The notes beneath the pieces were generated by a model that was not told the DNA's origin, ran no database searches, and saw only the letters and a list, made by a program, of their open reading frames with translations. A stretch of DNA of 64,000 bases from Diplonema japonicum (lineage: Eukaryota; Protista; Euglenozoa: Diplonemea): NCBI GenBank assembly GCA_964019335.1, contig OZ025665.1, positions 186,001-250,000 on the forward strand. Reading direction: 5' to 3'. Shown here piece after piece: positions 22,301-37,300 of the stretch; within the stretch, counting starts at the first letter, position 1; each line of letters begins with the position of its first letter. The position numbers and the translations under genes were made by a program.

Positions 22301-25300
22301 CTCTTTCGTAGAAGCTTCTTCAAGCGTCTGATGTTTATCTTCTAGCAATTCTTTATGAGCTATGTTTGCCTTCTCAAGCTGCTTTTCCGCAGCGACCAAG
22401 TCTTCCTTCGTCTTTTCCAGCAAGCTGACCTCCTCCTCAAGAAGCTTTTCTTTCGCAACAGCCGCTTCCAAAGTCTGGGTCTTGACATCCAACTCTTCCT
22501 TATACTGCGCCGCTGTATCTTCGAGTTGCTTCTCTGCGGTGGACAGTTCCTGTTGGAGCTTCTTGACTTCATCCTCCATGCGCTGCTCCTTCTCATCGGC
22601 GGCCTCCTGCGTACGGGCCCTGGCATCAAGCTCTTCTTTGTGTACCACCTGCGCTTCTGCAAGCTGCTCTTCGAGTCTGGAAATCTCTTCCTTGGTCTTT
22701 GACAGTTCTGTGTCGATTTGCTGCTCACGCTCCTTGACACTGGCTGCCTCGCTCGTTGTGCCTTCCAACTGCTCTTTAAGTTCTTCAAGCATGTTTTTGT
22801 ATTTTTCGAGTTCTTCAGTCGTAGCTGCCAGCTCTTTACTCACGGACTCACTGCGTTCCAAGGCTGCCTTGTGCTCTTCTTCAGTAGCTTCCTTCACTTG
22901 TTTCGTCTCGTTGATTTCGATTTCCAGTTCGCCTGCCTTCTGTGTCACTGCATCCAGTTCTTCCGTCTTAATGCGCAGCTCTTCCACAGCGATAGAATGC
23001 CTCTCCTTCGTGGCCTCTAACTCTTTCTGGCTTTCACTGAGCTCTGTTTCCGTTGTCTTCAACTGCTCCTGCACCTTGTTAGATTCAGACGTCTTCTGCT
23101 GAAGCTCGTCCGACAGCAGCTTCTCTCGTGTCTCAAGCTCCTCGATGGCTTTCTTGCTCTCGGCACATTCTTCCTCCATAGCATTCTGTTTGGAAAGTAC
23201 ATCCTTGGTGTCTGCCTTTGCAACATCGACATCTGATGTCATAGCCTCCAACTCTGCAACCAGCTGTTCTGTGCGCTGTTGAAGCAGTTCGATCTTCTCC
23301 TGTTTTTCGCTGATCTCTTGCTGTAAATCAGCCTGTTCTTTGAGAAGTGCTTCTTCCTTTGCTTTCATATCAACTGTATCGTTATTCTTCTGCAGCAACT
23401 CCTCTGTCAGCCCGTTAGCACGCTCCTCCAGAGCACTGTTTCTGTCCTCCAGCTCCTTCTGCTTAACATTGAGGTCATCTTCACGCTTTTTAGCACTGTC
23501 GGCATCGGCCCTGCTCACCTCCAGGTCCTTGTTCAGTGTCACAGCATCGGACCTGAGGGTCTCGATGGTATCAACTTGTTCAGTGCATGTCTCCTCTAGA
23601 CTCGTTGCCTTCTTTTCCAAAGCTTCATGTTCTTCTCTTGTTTCGCAGAGCTCAGTTGCAGTCTCAGTGACCTTGACCTTCAATTCTACTTCTGCTTGCT
23701 CCAGCTGCTGCTTTGCGGCCTCGAGTTCCGCGAGTTTCTCCTCCAGCATCTTAGCTGTGCTTTGTGCTTGGTCAGTTTCCTCCTTCGCAGTGGTGAGCTC
23801 TACTGTTTTCGTTTCGAGCTCTGTCACAACAAGGCTGCTGTGTTCTTTGGTTGTCTGTACCTCGTCGGTGATATCATCAAATCTTTGCTGAAGCTCGCTG
23901 AGCTCTTTCTCCTTCAGCGAAAGGATTTTCTCGCTCTCAGCTAAGTCATTGTCTCTTGCTTCTAGATCTCTAGCCTGCTCCTCCGCTTTCTGCTTCTGCT
24001 CGGCTGTCACTGCAAGCTCCCTCTCTAGCTCTTCCTTAACAGCCACGTGTTCTTCTTGGGACTTTTTCAACTGTTCTAGAACCGTCTCCAGCTCCGTCTG
24101 CATGGCAGGCAATTTGTCGGCCTTCTCCTTGAGTTCTGCAAGAAGCTCTTTGTTTCCAGTCAGCTCCTTCTCCATGTCTTTGCCAGCCGTCTCCAACTGT
24201 TTCACCTTTTCCTCGAAGGCTTCGCTGTCTTTCTTGGTATTCTCGAACTTTTCCTCGAGGCACTGTTTCTCTGCCTCGATGCCTTCCAAGGTCTGTTTTA
24301 AGTTAGCTTCCTTGTCGCGCAAGAGTTGAAGCTCGTCAGCAAGTGCCTTGTTGGCGTCTTGCTGCTCTTTGAGGTTCTCTTCAAGCGCCTCGGCTGCTTT
24401 CGTCTTCTTCTCAATATTCTCATCCCTGTCCTTGACACGCTGCCTGAGGGCTTCGACAATGGCTGTGTTGTCGCGCTGCATGGACTTGATCTCTTGCTTG
24501 AGGTCCTGGAGCTTCTGGCCTGACACTTCCTCCTTCGAACGTGATTCTTCCAACTCCGCCGTGGTGGCCTCCAGTTCTTCTTTTGTCGCCGTTAGATGTG
24601 ACTGGATGCTGTCCACTGTCTCCCGCACGCCTTTCAGTTTGGCTTCGTAGTCGGCAATAGCGAAAGCGAGGTCCTTGTTCTCGGCAGACTTGCTCACCAC
24701 CTCGTCCCCGAGGCATGCGCGCTCCTGCTCACTTTGGTGGAGCTGCTCCTCGAACTCGGTTTCCCTCAGCGAGAAGTCCTGTTCCATCTGCCTTTTCTCC
24801 TGCTCAAAGGCCGCATTGTTGTCATTGATCAGATGTTGTAGCTCTGCATGTTCTTGCTCCAACGTGGTGATCTTCTTGGACAATTCGTCCTTAACAACAG
24901 CGGCTGTCTCTTGTTCAGCAGCAATCTCTGCTTGTGCTGTCTCAAGGGTTTTAGTGAGCTCTTCGATCTTTACTTCTGAAACCTCCTTCTCTGTAGTCAC
25001 ATCCTGTAGCTTGGTCTTCACATCTTCGAGCTGCTCGAGGCACCGTGTCTCTGACTCACGTACAGTCACTACCTCCTCCTGCAGTGTCTCGACCTGCTTT
25101 TGCTTGATGGTTACAACCTCACGTGGAGACTGCAGTGTCTCATCGCCACCCAGCAGTACAGTCTCTTTTATCTCAGTCACGAGCTGCTCTTTGGCAGCTT
25201 CTACCTCCTTAAGTTGTGTGTCCATCACTTCGATGACTTCTACCTTTTCAGTGTGCTGCTTCTCGAGCTCTGTCATGTTTTCTTCCAGCTTGTGGATAAG

Positions 25301-28300
25301 AGTTACCCTCTCCTCCAACTCTATCTGCACGACTTCCTTATCGTCCCTTGTCGCCTGCAGCTCATCTTTCGTCTCCTTCAGCATCACGTTGACCATGATG
25401 CTGGCCTCTTCTGCTACCTTCAATGGTTCTGCAAGTTCGTCAGCCTCTTCTAATCGAATGCGCATCCTCTCCATCTGTTCATTCCTCTCCACCTCCTCCA
25501 GGCGCTTGGCTTCTACATCCTGCATCTGCTGCGCTTGCAGCTCTTTGAGCTCCCTGATTTCTTCAGCTTGGATTTCCAGCTCGTGTCGCTGCTTTTCGTT
25601 GTCACCCAATAGCGCCACCCTGTCCTCCTCTGAAGTAAGTTTATAGCTTTCAAAGTCTGCATCCAGTTGCTCGCACTTTTGTTTCGTACCCTCGTGCTGT
25701 TCTATGACCTCGCTTAGTTCCTCAGCTTTCTCCCTAAGCTCCGTCTGCACGTCTTCAACACGGACTTGCCACTTGTCTTCCACATCCTGCTGTTCTTTTT
25801 CTTGTTCTCTTTTCGTGCGTAGCAACCATTCAGCATCAGGACACTGCGCTCCAACGTCTTCTTTCACTGGAGTACGTTCACCTGAAACACTTGAGACCAT
25901 GGACTTCACCTGAAGTAGTTCTCTGTGGCTACCGCCATTTTTTGCCATGCTGTCGAGTGTAGTGATGATAGAACTGATCCTGCTCTTTGCGTCGGGCTTC
26001 CTCTCAGCTGCGCCGTAGGCAAGAGACTGGATCATGCGCATATCCTCTGGACTCAACTTGTTCTCAGGATGTGCCACAAGTGTTGTGAGCATTGTTGACA
26101 GATCTTGCATTGCTACCTGTGCAGCGTCCCTCACAGGAAGCCCTGCCGCCTTGGCGGCACTGTCACGCAGAGCACTCAGCTCGTTAGCTTGCACCTTGCG
26201 GCCCCTCTTACACGCATCTAGCACAGACTTCAAACCAGAACTGAGATCGACCAGTGACAGATTAGCACCCTCCGGCACAGCAAGGATACCTTCATGAGCC
26301 CTGGAATGCAGCTCCTGAATTTCTGAGCTGTTGGGGTGGTTCCCACCTGCAGCTCGTGACTCCATACTCCACAAAGCACTCGCTACTAGTCTTGTTTTCC
26401 CCGCGGCGATAGCTGCACCTTCTGATGCTTGGATGGCGGCTGCAATGCCTTTCTCCACCTGTTCTGTCTTGTAGCTATCCTCGATCCCACAAGCCACATC
26501 ACTCAAGTGGTTGCAAACATCTTCCTTCATTACATCATGCACTACGCCACGTGCTGACAGTGCCGCCACCCTGGCTGCTGCGTCCTGCAAATCGTAGATA
26601 TCCTGCTTGTCTAACTTCCCACCCGACTCAAGCAGGTACTGTGTGTCACGGAGCTTTCGCGACAAAGTAACGGCACCCTGCTCTGCTGCAGAGGGTCCCA
26701 TCGCAGCTGTTGCAACAACAGCATCTTCGGGTTTCTGCTGGGTGAAGAGGGATCGCGTGCCCTGTCCAGAAATGCTCTTCTGGATTTCATTAAGCCTTAC
26801 CGAAACCATTCTCGCTGCTACTTCCTCACCACCAGGCTCGCCTGCGAGCTTCCTGAGCTGATTGACTAAAAGATCTGCTTCAAGAGCTGAGATGTGGATA
26901 GGCTTTGTGTCGATCTTGTCAATGATCTCCCGCATCTCGGCAGCAGTTTGCTTGAGCTTTGCTTCGGTGTCCCCCGTCACCACTGCGCTGGCCGCCGCTG
27001 CCGCATCTGCTGCGGCCTTCAATAGTTCGATGCCTTCATCGCGCTTCTCGTCATCCAGCAACTGAACAGCTTCGCTTGCTGCTTTCACGGCACGAGCTGC
27101 CCCAGTCTGTGCCTCAGCGGCACCACGGGCAGCTGCTTCTGCTTTCTTCACGACGACTTCAGCAGTCGAGGGGTCACATGCTGCAGCAGATGTTAATCCA
27201 ACAGAACACTTTCTCAACTCTTCCGAGGCCACTGACCCTGCAGGTAGCGCCTGCGAAGCAGCCAAGGCCTCCTCCGCAAGACAGGTAATGGCTGTGGCCA
27301 CCGGTGCCCTCGGGCTAGAGGGCTCGTCGGTGGTTCCGAGTCGCCCTCTGAGACCCAAGCACGCAGTGCTAATCCTTCGTGACGCTTCAGCTGCAGCTGC
27401 TGGGCCGCAGCCAGCAGACTCTTCTGCATGATCTGCCGCCTTTCTTATCTCTTCCGTGGCTCCCAGTTGGTGCCCTTCGTTTACCAAGTCGATGGCCCTG
27501 TTCAGCCCTGCTACGACACCTGCTAACTTGCTTCGCATGGCAGTGGATGGCGTGGCATCCGCAACCTCTTTGAGTGCAATGGCTGTTCTCGCTGCAATCT
27601 TGTTCAGTTCATCTCCTTTCTCCCCGAGACCAACTCTGCGTGTGAGTTCTACAACCTCGGCTGCCATAACTCTGGCATCTCGCATCGAAGTAACAATAGA
27701 ATTTGCATGCTCACCCGCCTCGTTGATGTTGTTGCGGCGCAGGGCAGCTGCCACTTTGGTCATGCAGTCAGACACCTCGGGGTGGCGTCTGGCCACAGCC
27801 ATGGCCGTGTCGCCAAGTTGCTTTGCGTTAACCTCGGTTGCTGCGGTGCACTGCTCTGCTATCTGCGATGCTGCGTGCTCTGCGGCGCCTGCTCCGTATC
27901 CGGAGGCTTCAAGGGCGTGGTCCTGCAAACGTTGGAGCGCATGTGCTGAGACCTTGTCACCTCTAGCTATCCTATGTTCCAAGGTGCCTAAGTCGGAAAG
28001 CAGCTGTGCAGTCCGTGGTCCTACAGGCAGCCCCCTGGCCGCAGACGTTGCAGCCTCAGAGGACAGGTTGTCAAGCGCATCGATCATCTGCGGTATGGGC
28101 TTCCCGAGTGCGTCAGTGATCCTCACTGCAATGCTGTGCTCGCCCACCTCTCGCAAGCAGGTTGTGATGTCCTTCAGGGCCACCTCTGCTTCGCTGAGCT
28201 CTATTTTGCCGTCGCGAAGCTTGCTAGCAGTATCGGACAACCTGCCTGCGAGGTGCGCCAAGTCGTCTGGCCCGTCCGAGGACTCGTCATCAGAGACGTC

Positions 28301-31300
28301 GACAATGGAGAATCTCTCCATTCTTTTTGTGTGCGCGGCAAGCCCGTCCTCAAGCGTCTGCCGCACGTCCTCAGAAATGTCAGGTTTAGAAAGGATTGTC
28401 TTAACAGCATGCGCCATGTGGTCGAAGTCCGCAGGTCTATTCTCCCTCTCCGTGATGGTGACCTTTTCCATCCCTTCAAGCTCCACACCTTGTTCTTGCA
28501 GCAATTCTACAAGCTTCTCCAATCTCTCTTGTCTTTCTGCAAGGCTCATTTCAGCAGGCTCTTCCATATGCTTCTGGAGCTCTTCCTTCACCGCCAGCGG
28601 TGCGTCACTCTCTACAATCAACTTTGCGGCTGCTTCCTTTGCTGTGCTCAGCTGACTGTCCACAAGAGCAATTGCCAAAGCCTCCCTTGTAGACGATCCG
28701 ATGTTGGTTTCCTGCGTTGCCTCGATGGCATTTGTGAGAAGGACCACCTTCTTGTTTGCTGACTCGAGCATCGTCTGCTGCTCAACAAGAGCTACCTCTA
28801 GCTCTCCCTTCGTTTCCTGCTCCTGCACTGTGTTCTCTTCTTTATGCTGCAATTGCTGCTCGAGGAGGGTGCATGCTTCTTCGAGCTTGATGACCCTTCG
28901 TTGGGCCTCCGCAGCCTCCTGTTCTCTTGTCTCCCGCTCTGCTTGCGATAATGCTTCGAAGCGCTCCACAGCGTCCCTGGCCGCGTACAGTTCCAACTCG
29001 AGCTTCTCACATTTAGCTTCCGACTCGTCTACTAAATTGTGAAGGGCTGTCGCTGTAGACGTGGCCTCCGCCGTCAGTGACTCTGCCTGCGCGATAGCAG
29101 CAGATGTCCCAGTCGAAGTCTCTTCCAGCACAGTGTTCAACTTCTCCTTCAGCTCCTCTGAAGCTGTGGGGTACGCGGCTACAAACTTTATCGCACAGCT
29201 GAGTTCACCACTTCTACCAGACTCTCCGACTAGAATTCCGTGCTGGAGCACCTGCCTTGTAGTTTCATCCAGACTGGGGTCCTGTAAAGCCTCTTTTGCT
29301 ACCATCACTACTTTCTCAGACGCTTGTGCCTCCCATATTGCGCGCTTCACTTCATCTGGTGCATCTTTTGAGCTAGATACGTCTTTAGCTTCGTTGTGCA
29401 CAGTTTCGAGAGATGCTTTGAGAGACTCGTGGTCCTGTTGGAGTATTTGCAGCACGGAAGGAGGCGGATTAGTTGCGAGGGCAGCTTCCAACTCTTGCAA
29501 TACAAGTACGGCAGGGGCATTGTCCGTGAGGGCTAGCACCTCTAACAACTTCTGTCTTGTCTCATCGCTGAGAGTTGGGTCGCGCAGCGCATCAGCCACA
29601 TTGTCTGAGACTTCTTGCACCTTGACGTCAACGACATCCATGGCCTCCTGAAGCCTCGCTTTACTTTGCTCGTCGAGCTCCGGGTGCATCACAACGGTCC
29701 TCACAGTCTCAACAAGGTCGCCAGTCATATTCCCGGGTTTTGCCTTACTGCTGTCGATCTGATCAGCGACACTGACGAGTAGTTCTTTCAAGTCAGGATT
29801 TTCTTTTGCCATGGCACGACACGTCTCGGCGATGCTGAGCAGCTCCTCTTTAGCTTCTTCTTCAGCGTTGTTGTGCGTCACGGTCTTGGCCAGCTTGATC
29901 TTCGTCGAGATCTCCGTCAGCACAGGAATGGGGTCCCTCTTCACGTCCATGTCCTGCGTGATTGTGGTCAACTCTTTTGTGGTGATTTTAACCTTCCCGC
30001 AAGCCATGTTTTCCAATACTTTGGCAGGCCCCTCAAACAGCTCTTTGTCATTAGGAAAGGTCTCGATAAGGGTCTTCGCCACGATTGAGATCTCGCGGAG
30101 CTCTTGCGGTGTCACTTCTTTGCCAGATGCGCGCTTCTCTGTGACTTCTTGTATCTTCACAGAAAGCTCTTCGGCAGCCTGCTTCGCGCCCTTCACGGGG
30201 AGTCCCGCTGCCTTTGCGGAATCATCTTTCATGGATCTTATCTCAGTCACAGTCACTTCCTCTCCACGACTCACCTTGACCGCCAGTTCCGACAGGGCTG
30301 TCCCTATATCCGCAACGTATTCACCAGGTGCTCGGCTTGAGGCAGCTAAGGCTTGTCCGGCAAGTTCCCCAAGCTCATTCGCATTGATGGCTTCCCCTGC
30401 TGCCAAACGGGACTCCATGTGAATCAATGCCTGATTCACGTTGCGCGAACCCTCAGCCGCTGCCGTAGCACCCTCGAACGTCTCACGCGCGTCTTGAAGC
30501 AACTCCTTCATCTTCTCCCTCGACACAATGGTCTGCAGTCCTGTCTCGTTCAGCAAGTCAGCAGCATTGCTGATGAATGGCGTGACCGACTCTGCCGAGT
30601 CCCCGATCACACCTGACTGCGCGGTGAGCTGCAAGGTTGCTGTCATAATCTCTTCAAGTTCCTCCTGGTTGAGTGGCACATTCGTTGTCAGCTTGTTCTC
30701 AAGAACCCGTATCCTACTTGCTAATGCTGCTGCGTGTGCCTCGCTTTCAGACGGTCCTGTGCCAGATACTTGCAACGCGTCAGTCTTTGCTGCTGAGAGG
30801 TGCTCCAACAACACTTCCTTAGCAGAAGGGGTGTCAAGCTCTTTCAGCACCTTGATGAGGTGACCTGTAACGGTCAACGCCACGTCACGTGTGTCATCAA
30901 CAGGTACGCCAGCCACACGCTTCAGTTCCTCCAAAACAGAGGTCACTAATGATGCCGCTTCGACAGGGTCCATATCTTCGGCTGCTAACGACTTCAACTC
31001 AGCGCTGCACGCGTTCAACACCGCAGCGGAGCGCTCTCCACACACACTAGCCCCTACATCTGCAGCGCTTGCTGCCTGACGCAAGGCATCGCTGGGATCA
31101 GCCCCCGTGAACAACTGCCGCAAAGCTGTCTCGGTTAGTGTAGTTGCACGCTTGGCATTTGTTTGCCCTTCACTCCCCCCTCTTGCGGCAGTGCTGGCAC
31201 GTGCTATCCCTGCTGCCCCTATGCCACTGGCGCCATTCCTCAGCATGTGTTCCGCTTCTCGCAGCTCAGAAGCGCATGTACGAAGGCCTTCTGCTGTGGC

Positions 31301-34300
31301 ACTTGCATTGGGCATGACTGCTGCGCACTTGTCCGCCTGTTCGGCTAGTGCCTGTACTAATTGAATGTTCGCACCGTTGCCTGTGCCCGACGTAACTAAT
31401 GTGCGCAGGTCTGAACAGTTCGAAGCTAACTTCCTGCTTGTGTTCACCGAGGCAGTCGACGGGCAGTCAACAGTCCTTTCGAGCTGCTCCGACACTGTTC
31501 GAAGTAACTTGACGTTCACTGGCTCACCTTTGCCAGCAGCAATGCCTGCCTTCTGGAGTGCTTGTGCGTACTCGATAAGCGCATCCTTTAGAGGCTGGTG
31601 CTCTTGTGAAGCGCTTGCATTCTCCAAATTTGCTGCTGCTGTCAAAGCAGCTTCACCGATCTTGTGCCCCTTTTCACCCAGCGCTGCACGGCGTGCCATG
31701 TCTGCCACCTGCGCCGCGATGTACCTGAGTTTCGACAGATCTTCGGCTTTTTTCACAGCAACATCCTTAGCCTTCTCTAACGTGTCCTCCTTTAGAGCAT
31801 CAACACACTCTTTAAAAGTGTCGTGTAATTCAGGGTGCATGCGTGCTAGTGCTTCTGCCTGTGCTGCTAAAAGCGACGCATCTGCTTCGTTGCACAGCTG
31901 CTGCGCAAAGGAACGTAGCACCACTTCAGGAGCGCCGGGACCCAAACTCGCTAAAATGCACGATTTGTCAATAAGTTGCTTCACCTCAGCTTCCACAAGC
32001 CTACCCTCTCTTGCTTTATCTTCAATTTGTGCGAGTTCCGAGAGCAGCGATGCTAACTTGGGCTTTACACCGTCTTCAGAACGCGATGCTAAAAGAGCGC
32101 TAGCAGTTGCCAAAGAAGCAGACGCACCCACCAGGTCACCCCCTTGACACAGCTCGATGGCGTCTTGGATGATCTTTGCTGCCTCGGTGTCGCCGGTTGC
32201 AAGCACGGCTTCATGCGTGCCCACGAGAAGCTCAGGCGATGCACCAAACAGAAGAGATGAAGACAGTTCTTCAACAGAAGCAGCGAGCTTTGCCTTGTTC
32301 TGCGGTGCTTGTTTAGTGACCTGCTCAGTGCTGACTTCCTCCAACATTGCCAACGTCTGCCGCAATGGTGCTGCCTGCTCCGCAGAGATAGTCTTGGACT
32401 GTAACACCTCTTGGATATTGCAGCACATAGCCCCGCCCTTGCCATCTGCAGACCTCACAGCAAGCTCCAACACAGCACGCGCCTCGGGGCTTAACTGTGC
32501 CCCTTGTTCGAGGAGTACCGTCTTCACAGCATTGCTCATCTCGACAGCGCTGAGGGCATCCTGCAGTGTAACCTGCGCGGCAGGCGGGAGGTTTGGATCT
32601 TGTAGTGCTTTCAGAATACCGCCTTTCAGCCCTGTTTGAGAGGCATGCAGCATGCTGAGCTCTTCCAGCTGCTGAGGAGTGAGTAGCTCTTTGGGAATAG
32701 CTTCACAAAGAGCTAAGATTTCTTCAGCAGGCCTACCTTGTTTCACTGCAAGCAGAACTTCCTGCAAAGGGAGTTTCACCGCTGCGGGAGTGAGAGGGTT
32801 CGTGATGGCATCCGTCAACAAATTCAATGGAACTGAGTCATCAAAAGTACCAATCGCTGCCATGAGAGCTGCCCTCGACTCCTGCGACATGTCAGTGTGT
32901 TTCAGTGCTGTCTTTATGGCATTTACCAACGACCTGTCGTCCACAAGCCCGCTGCCTTGTGACATGACATCTTCGCACTGACCAGTCACAGCTTGCAAGG
33001 CACCTCTCAGCTTCGGGTGTTGTTCGGAAAGAATCTTCACGGTGTCTCTCACTTCTTGTAACTTTGTCGCATTGGGTACACGCCCCGCTTCTTTATTCCT
33101 CCGAATGTCGTCCATCTGTCGCGACAAAGCTTCGAGAGCAATAACAGGGTCTCCCGCGTGTGCCACTGTTTCCGCCATTTCAGTTAGTTCATCAGCCGTA
33201 CAGGTGCCTTGCCTCGCGAGCTCGTCCATACGGTTGCTCAGAACTGAGAAACTAGCTTTTGCCTCAGGGTGTCGCACAGCAGCTTCAGCAATGGCGGAGG
33301 CAACAGCATGGAGCTCCTTTGGAGTGACCTCCTCGCCAGCCGCCCTACGTGCCGCAAGGGATTCCAACACCCCGGAGAGCTCCTCAGCTGCTGATTTCGC
33401 GTCCCGAACAGGCAAGCCCGCTGCCTTCGCCGCCTCGTCCCTCAAGCGCCCGATCTCAGCCGCACTTACGGCCTCTCCTCGTGCCGCCCGTGCCGCTGCA
33501 GCGCTCAGGCTCGCCCCGATAGCGGCAAGAGTCGTGCCGCAGTCGCCAGGTGCCTTGCTAGCTGCAGCTAAAGCACGTCCTGCAAGCTCTCCGAGCTCCT
33601 CGGAGTTTGGAGCTTCCCCTGCTGCTGCACGCGACTCAGTTCCCCACAGTGCGTTGGTTATCGCACGAGACCCTGCGGCAGCAGTGGCCGCGCCTTCGCA
33701 TGCTTCTCTTGCCCTTTCAAGGAGGTCTTTTGCCCCCTCTGGGTCGTTGCTGTCTATGTCCTTCAGCATTTTCATCACACCTGACAGCCCCGATCCCACA
33801 AGACCAGGATCATTCGCGAGAGATGCTGCTGCTTCAGCGCATTCCACAAGCTGCTCTTTCTCCGCCTCACTTAGCTCTCCCTTCGCCGCCAGTGCCTCTT
33901 CGAGCATGCGAAGCTTCTCAGCAAGGGCAAGAGTATTTGCTTCTGCAGTGGATGGACCTGCACCTGCCGCACTCTTAGCACCCTGCAACGCTTGATCGAC
34001 TTCCATCGCAAGCATCGTGGAGCTGTGCCCGAGCTTCAACGAATTCATAACGTTCCCTAGACGTTCGATAATGAGGCGCGCAGCTGCTTCGTCGCCACTT
34101 GGGCCACCAAGAAGGTGCCGCAGCTGTTCAGTCAGCGAGGACGCCTCAGCAGCAACCAGAAGACCATCGTTGCTCTTCAAGGTCGTTAGTGCTGCAGAGC
34201 GTGCAATGAGGTCACTCACTTCATGTGCCAGCTCCTGTATTGAAGGGTCGTAGATCTCTTGGGCTGGGAGTAAGATGGCTTGCACTTCACGTAGACTAGT

Positions 34301-37300
34301 CGCGCCTTTCTCCAGATCGCCAGCTGCGAGTTGAGAAGCGGCCACTACCGCAGCCTCGCTAGCTTGTGCAAGAAGACTGCGCTGGTCTGCAGCATTCCTG
34401 AGGTGTGAACCAACCGTAGTCAATGCATCTGAAGCTTCCTGCGTGTTCTTCTGGAGCAACGCCTCTGCAGCAGTTTTTAAGCAGCTTTGGCCGTGCATGA
34501 GGTCACCGTACCCAACTGCATTCTGGCTTATGTTGGTTGCGATCACTTTTAAGTCTTTCGTGAGCAAAGTAACTTGCCTGTTGGCAGATGGCTGGATGAC
34601 GCCTCCTAACCCCACCTGCTCACCGAGACTCTCACTAGCTGCGGCAACGTCTCTCATCGTCTCAACAAGCGATTCAAGACCACATCCACCAGCTTCCTCT
34701 GCTGCTGTAGCACATTGTTTGGCTTCCTTTATTGCAGCGGGTACGTCGCCGCGTCCTGCGAGACCAGCTGCATTCTTTGCGCTGTTAGAGATGTGGTGCA
34801 GTGTCTCAAAAAGCGGCCCCGGTAGGCTGTCGCCAGCGTTCTTTGCGGCGTTCGCCACATTGGCTGCAGACTGTTGCATGTCACCCTGAGATCCCAGGCC
34901 CATTCTCCAAGCCAGTTCCTCGGCACTGCCTGCCATCAGTCTGACCTCCTCTAGAGCACCGACTATCTTCATGGCCTCGCTCTGTGCTTTAGTAGAACAC
35001 GACGCGCCACCCTTGCGTAGTTCAGTAAGAACACGCTCAAACGGCTGCCCCATGCGGGGGAATCTCTTCACGTAGTTTTCAACTTCCTTGATAGCAAGCT
35101 CGGGGGGTTCATTCCCAATGGTGGCAACGAGGTCAAGCGCTGCTTGCTCCGCGACTCCAGCACCCAGCCCCGCTGCAACACAGGCTTCCTGACGCAGTTG
35201 CTTTACTTCATCAGCACTCACAACGTGCCCTTCTGCAAGCCTGCGCTGAAGACCTGCTAAAGAAGTGAGCAACTGGGCGGTTTTATTTCCTACCTTACGC
35301 GCCGCCGCCGCAGATGACCGTGCCACCGCCGTGTCGATCACATCGTTGGCAGCATCAAGGTTGTTGGACACAAGGCTGGAGGCCGCCGCAGCGACTAATG
35401 TTGCAGTGTCAGTAGCTCCGTATGCACGAAGCTGAGATGACAGAGCGGTGAGGTCTGTGTGTGCAGCTTGCATGGCGGCACTATCACCTTGTTCAACCGT
35501 AGCTAGTAGTTCTTTTGCGCGAAGCGCAGCAGCAGCGGCAACAGTAGTCAAGTCATCGCCTTCAGAGCCACGCAGCCCCGACTGAAGCGTGTTTCTGGCT
35601 GCAGTGGGCATCTGCTGATGCATTAAGGCATCTTTGATACAGCAGGTCAGCTCTGCAGCTGTGGAACCGTGTGCGAGTGCTTCTTGAAGCACTTCTTTCA
35701 CGTCCTCAGGGAGCGCCGGATGGCACAGTGCAGAGCGGATAGACTCTACAAGATTCTCCCTTTTCATTGCATCCTGCACAGCATCAGCAACATCACCAGG
35801 CAGGCCCTCCATGGCAACATGATTCGTAACACCCATCAGCTTTGTGTAACTCTCGTCTAGGTCTTGCAAAGCAACAGCGACATCGTGCTTCACGCTGTCG
35901 GGCACTTCGGGATCCTGGAAGATTATATGGGCGTATTCACGCAGCCCAGACGGAGTTCCCTCAACCTTTGCCTGCGGGAAGTGCTTAGCAAGACTACCTT
36001 GTAGCCTTGTAATACTATCGTCTACCTGCTCTACCCCGGCACGTAGGGCACCTTGCGTGCTAGCATTCAGATCGGGGTGCCTCAGGATAGTTTTCACAGT
36101 ACTCACTAAGTCATGCGACACCATTGGCGGTTTCTGCATCTCGAGCTTCTCTGCGAGCGCTACAAGCACGCCACTGATCTCAGGGTGTTGCAGTGCCAGC
36201 AAGCGTGCGTGGCCGGCCAGCTCCGCAAGGCTCTCATCGCTCTCATCCGTCATGTTTTCAACTCTGCGCGATAGTGCTTCCAGCGCTACCACAGGGTTTG
36301 TGACTTCACGCGTCATGTTTGCAATGTTGATGAGTTCTTCGGGTCGGGGCTCGATACCCTGCAGCAGCCTGCTAGCAAGCTCATCAATCTGCTTGCTAGC
36401 AGCAGTCAAGCCCACCCTTGCCTCAGGGTGTCGCACAGCAGCTTCAGCAATGGCGGAGGCAACAGCATGGAGCTCCTTTGGAGTGACCTCCTCGCCAGCC
36501 GCCCTACGTGCCGCAAGGGATTCCAACACCCCGGAGAGCTCCTCAGCTGCTGATTTCGCGTCCCGAACAGGCAAGCCCGCTGCCTTCGCCGCCTCGTCCC
36601 TCAAGCGCCCGATCTCAGCCGCACTTACGGCCTCTCCTCGTGCCGCCCGTGCCGCTGCAGCGCTCAGGCTCGCCCCGATAGCGGCAAGAGTCGTGCCGCA
36701 GTCGCCAGGTGCCTTGCTAGCTGCAGCTAAAGCACGTCCTGCAAGCTCTCCGAGCTCCTCGGAGTTTGGAGCTTCCCCTGCTGCTGCACGCGACTCAGTT
36801 CCCCACAGTGCGTTGGTTATCGCACGAGACCCTGCGGCAGCAGTGGCCGCGCCTTCGCATGCTTCTCTTGCCCTTTCAAGGAGGTCTTTTGCCCCCTCTG
36901 GGTCGTTGCTGTCTATGTCCTTCAGCATTTTCATCACACCTGACAGCCCCGATCCCACAAGACCAGGGTCTCTTGAGAGGGTTTTGGCCATGGCAATACT
37001 TCCCACCAATTGCGTGTTCTCTGCTTCGCTCAAAGTCCCTTTGAGCGCCAGTGCTTCTTCGAGCATGCGAAGCTTCTCAGCAAGGGCAAGAGTATTTGCT
37101 TCTGCAGTGGATGGACCTGCACCTGCAGCGTTCTTTGCACCCTGCAACGCTTGATCAAGTGCCGGAGCCAATGCCGTAGGATCGTCACCTCGCTGCTGAC
37201 ACCGCTTCAGACAGTTCAGTTGCTCTGCGATGATGAGTGCAGCTGCCTCGTCGCTCTTGGGTTCACCAGCCAACCCGCTGAAAGTGTCTACAAGATCAGC

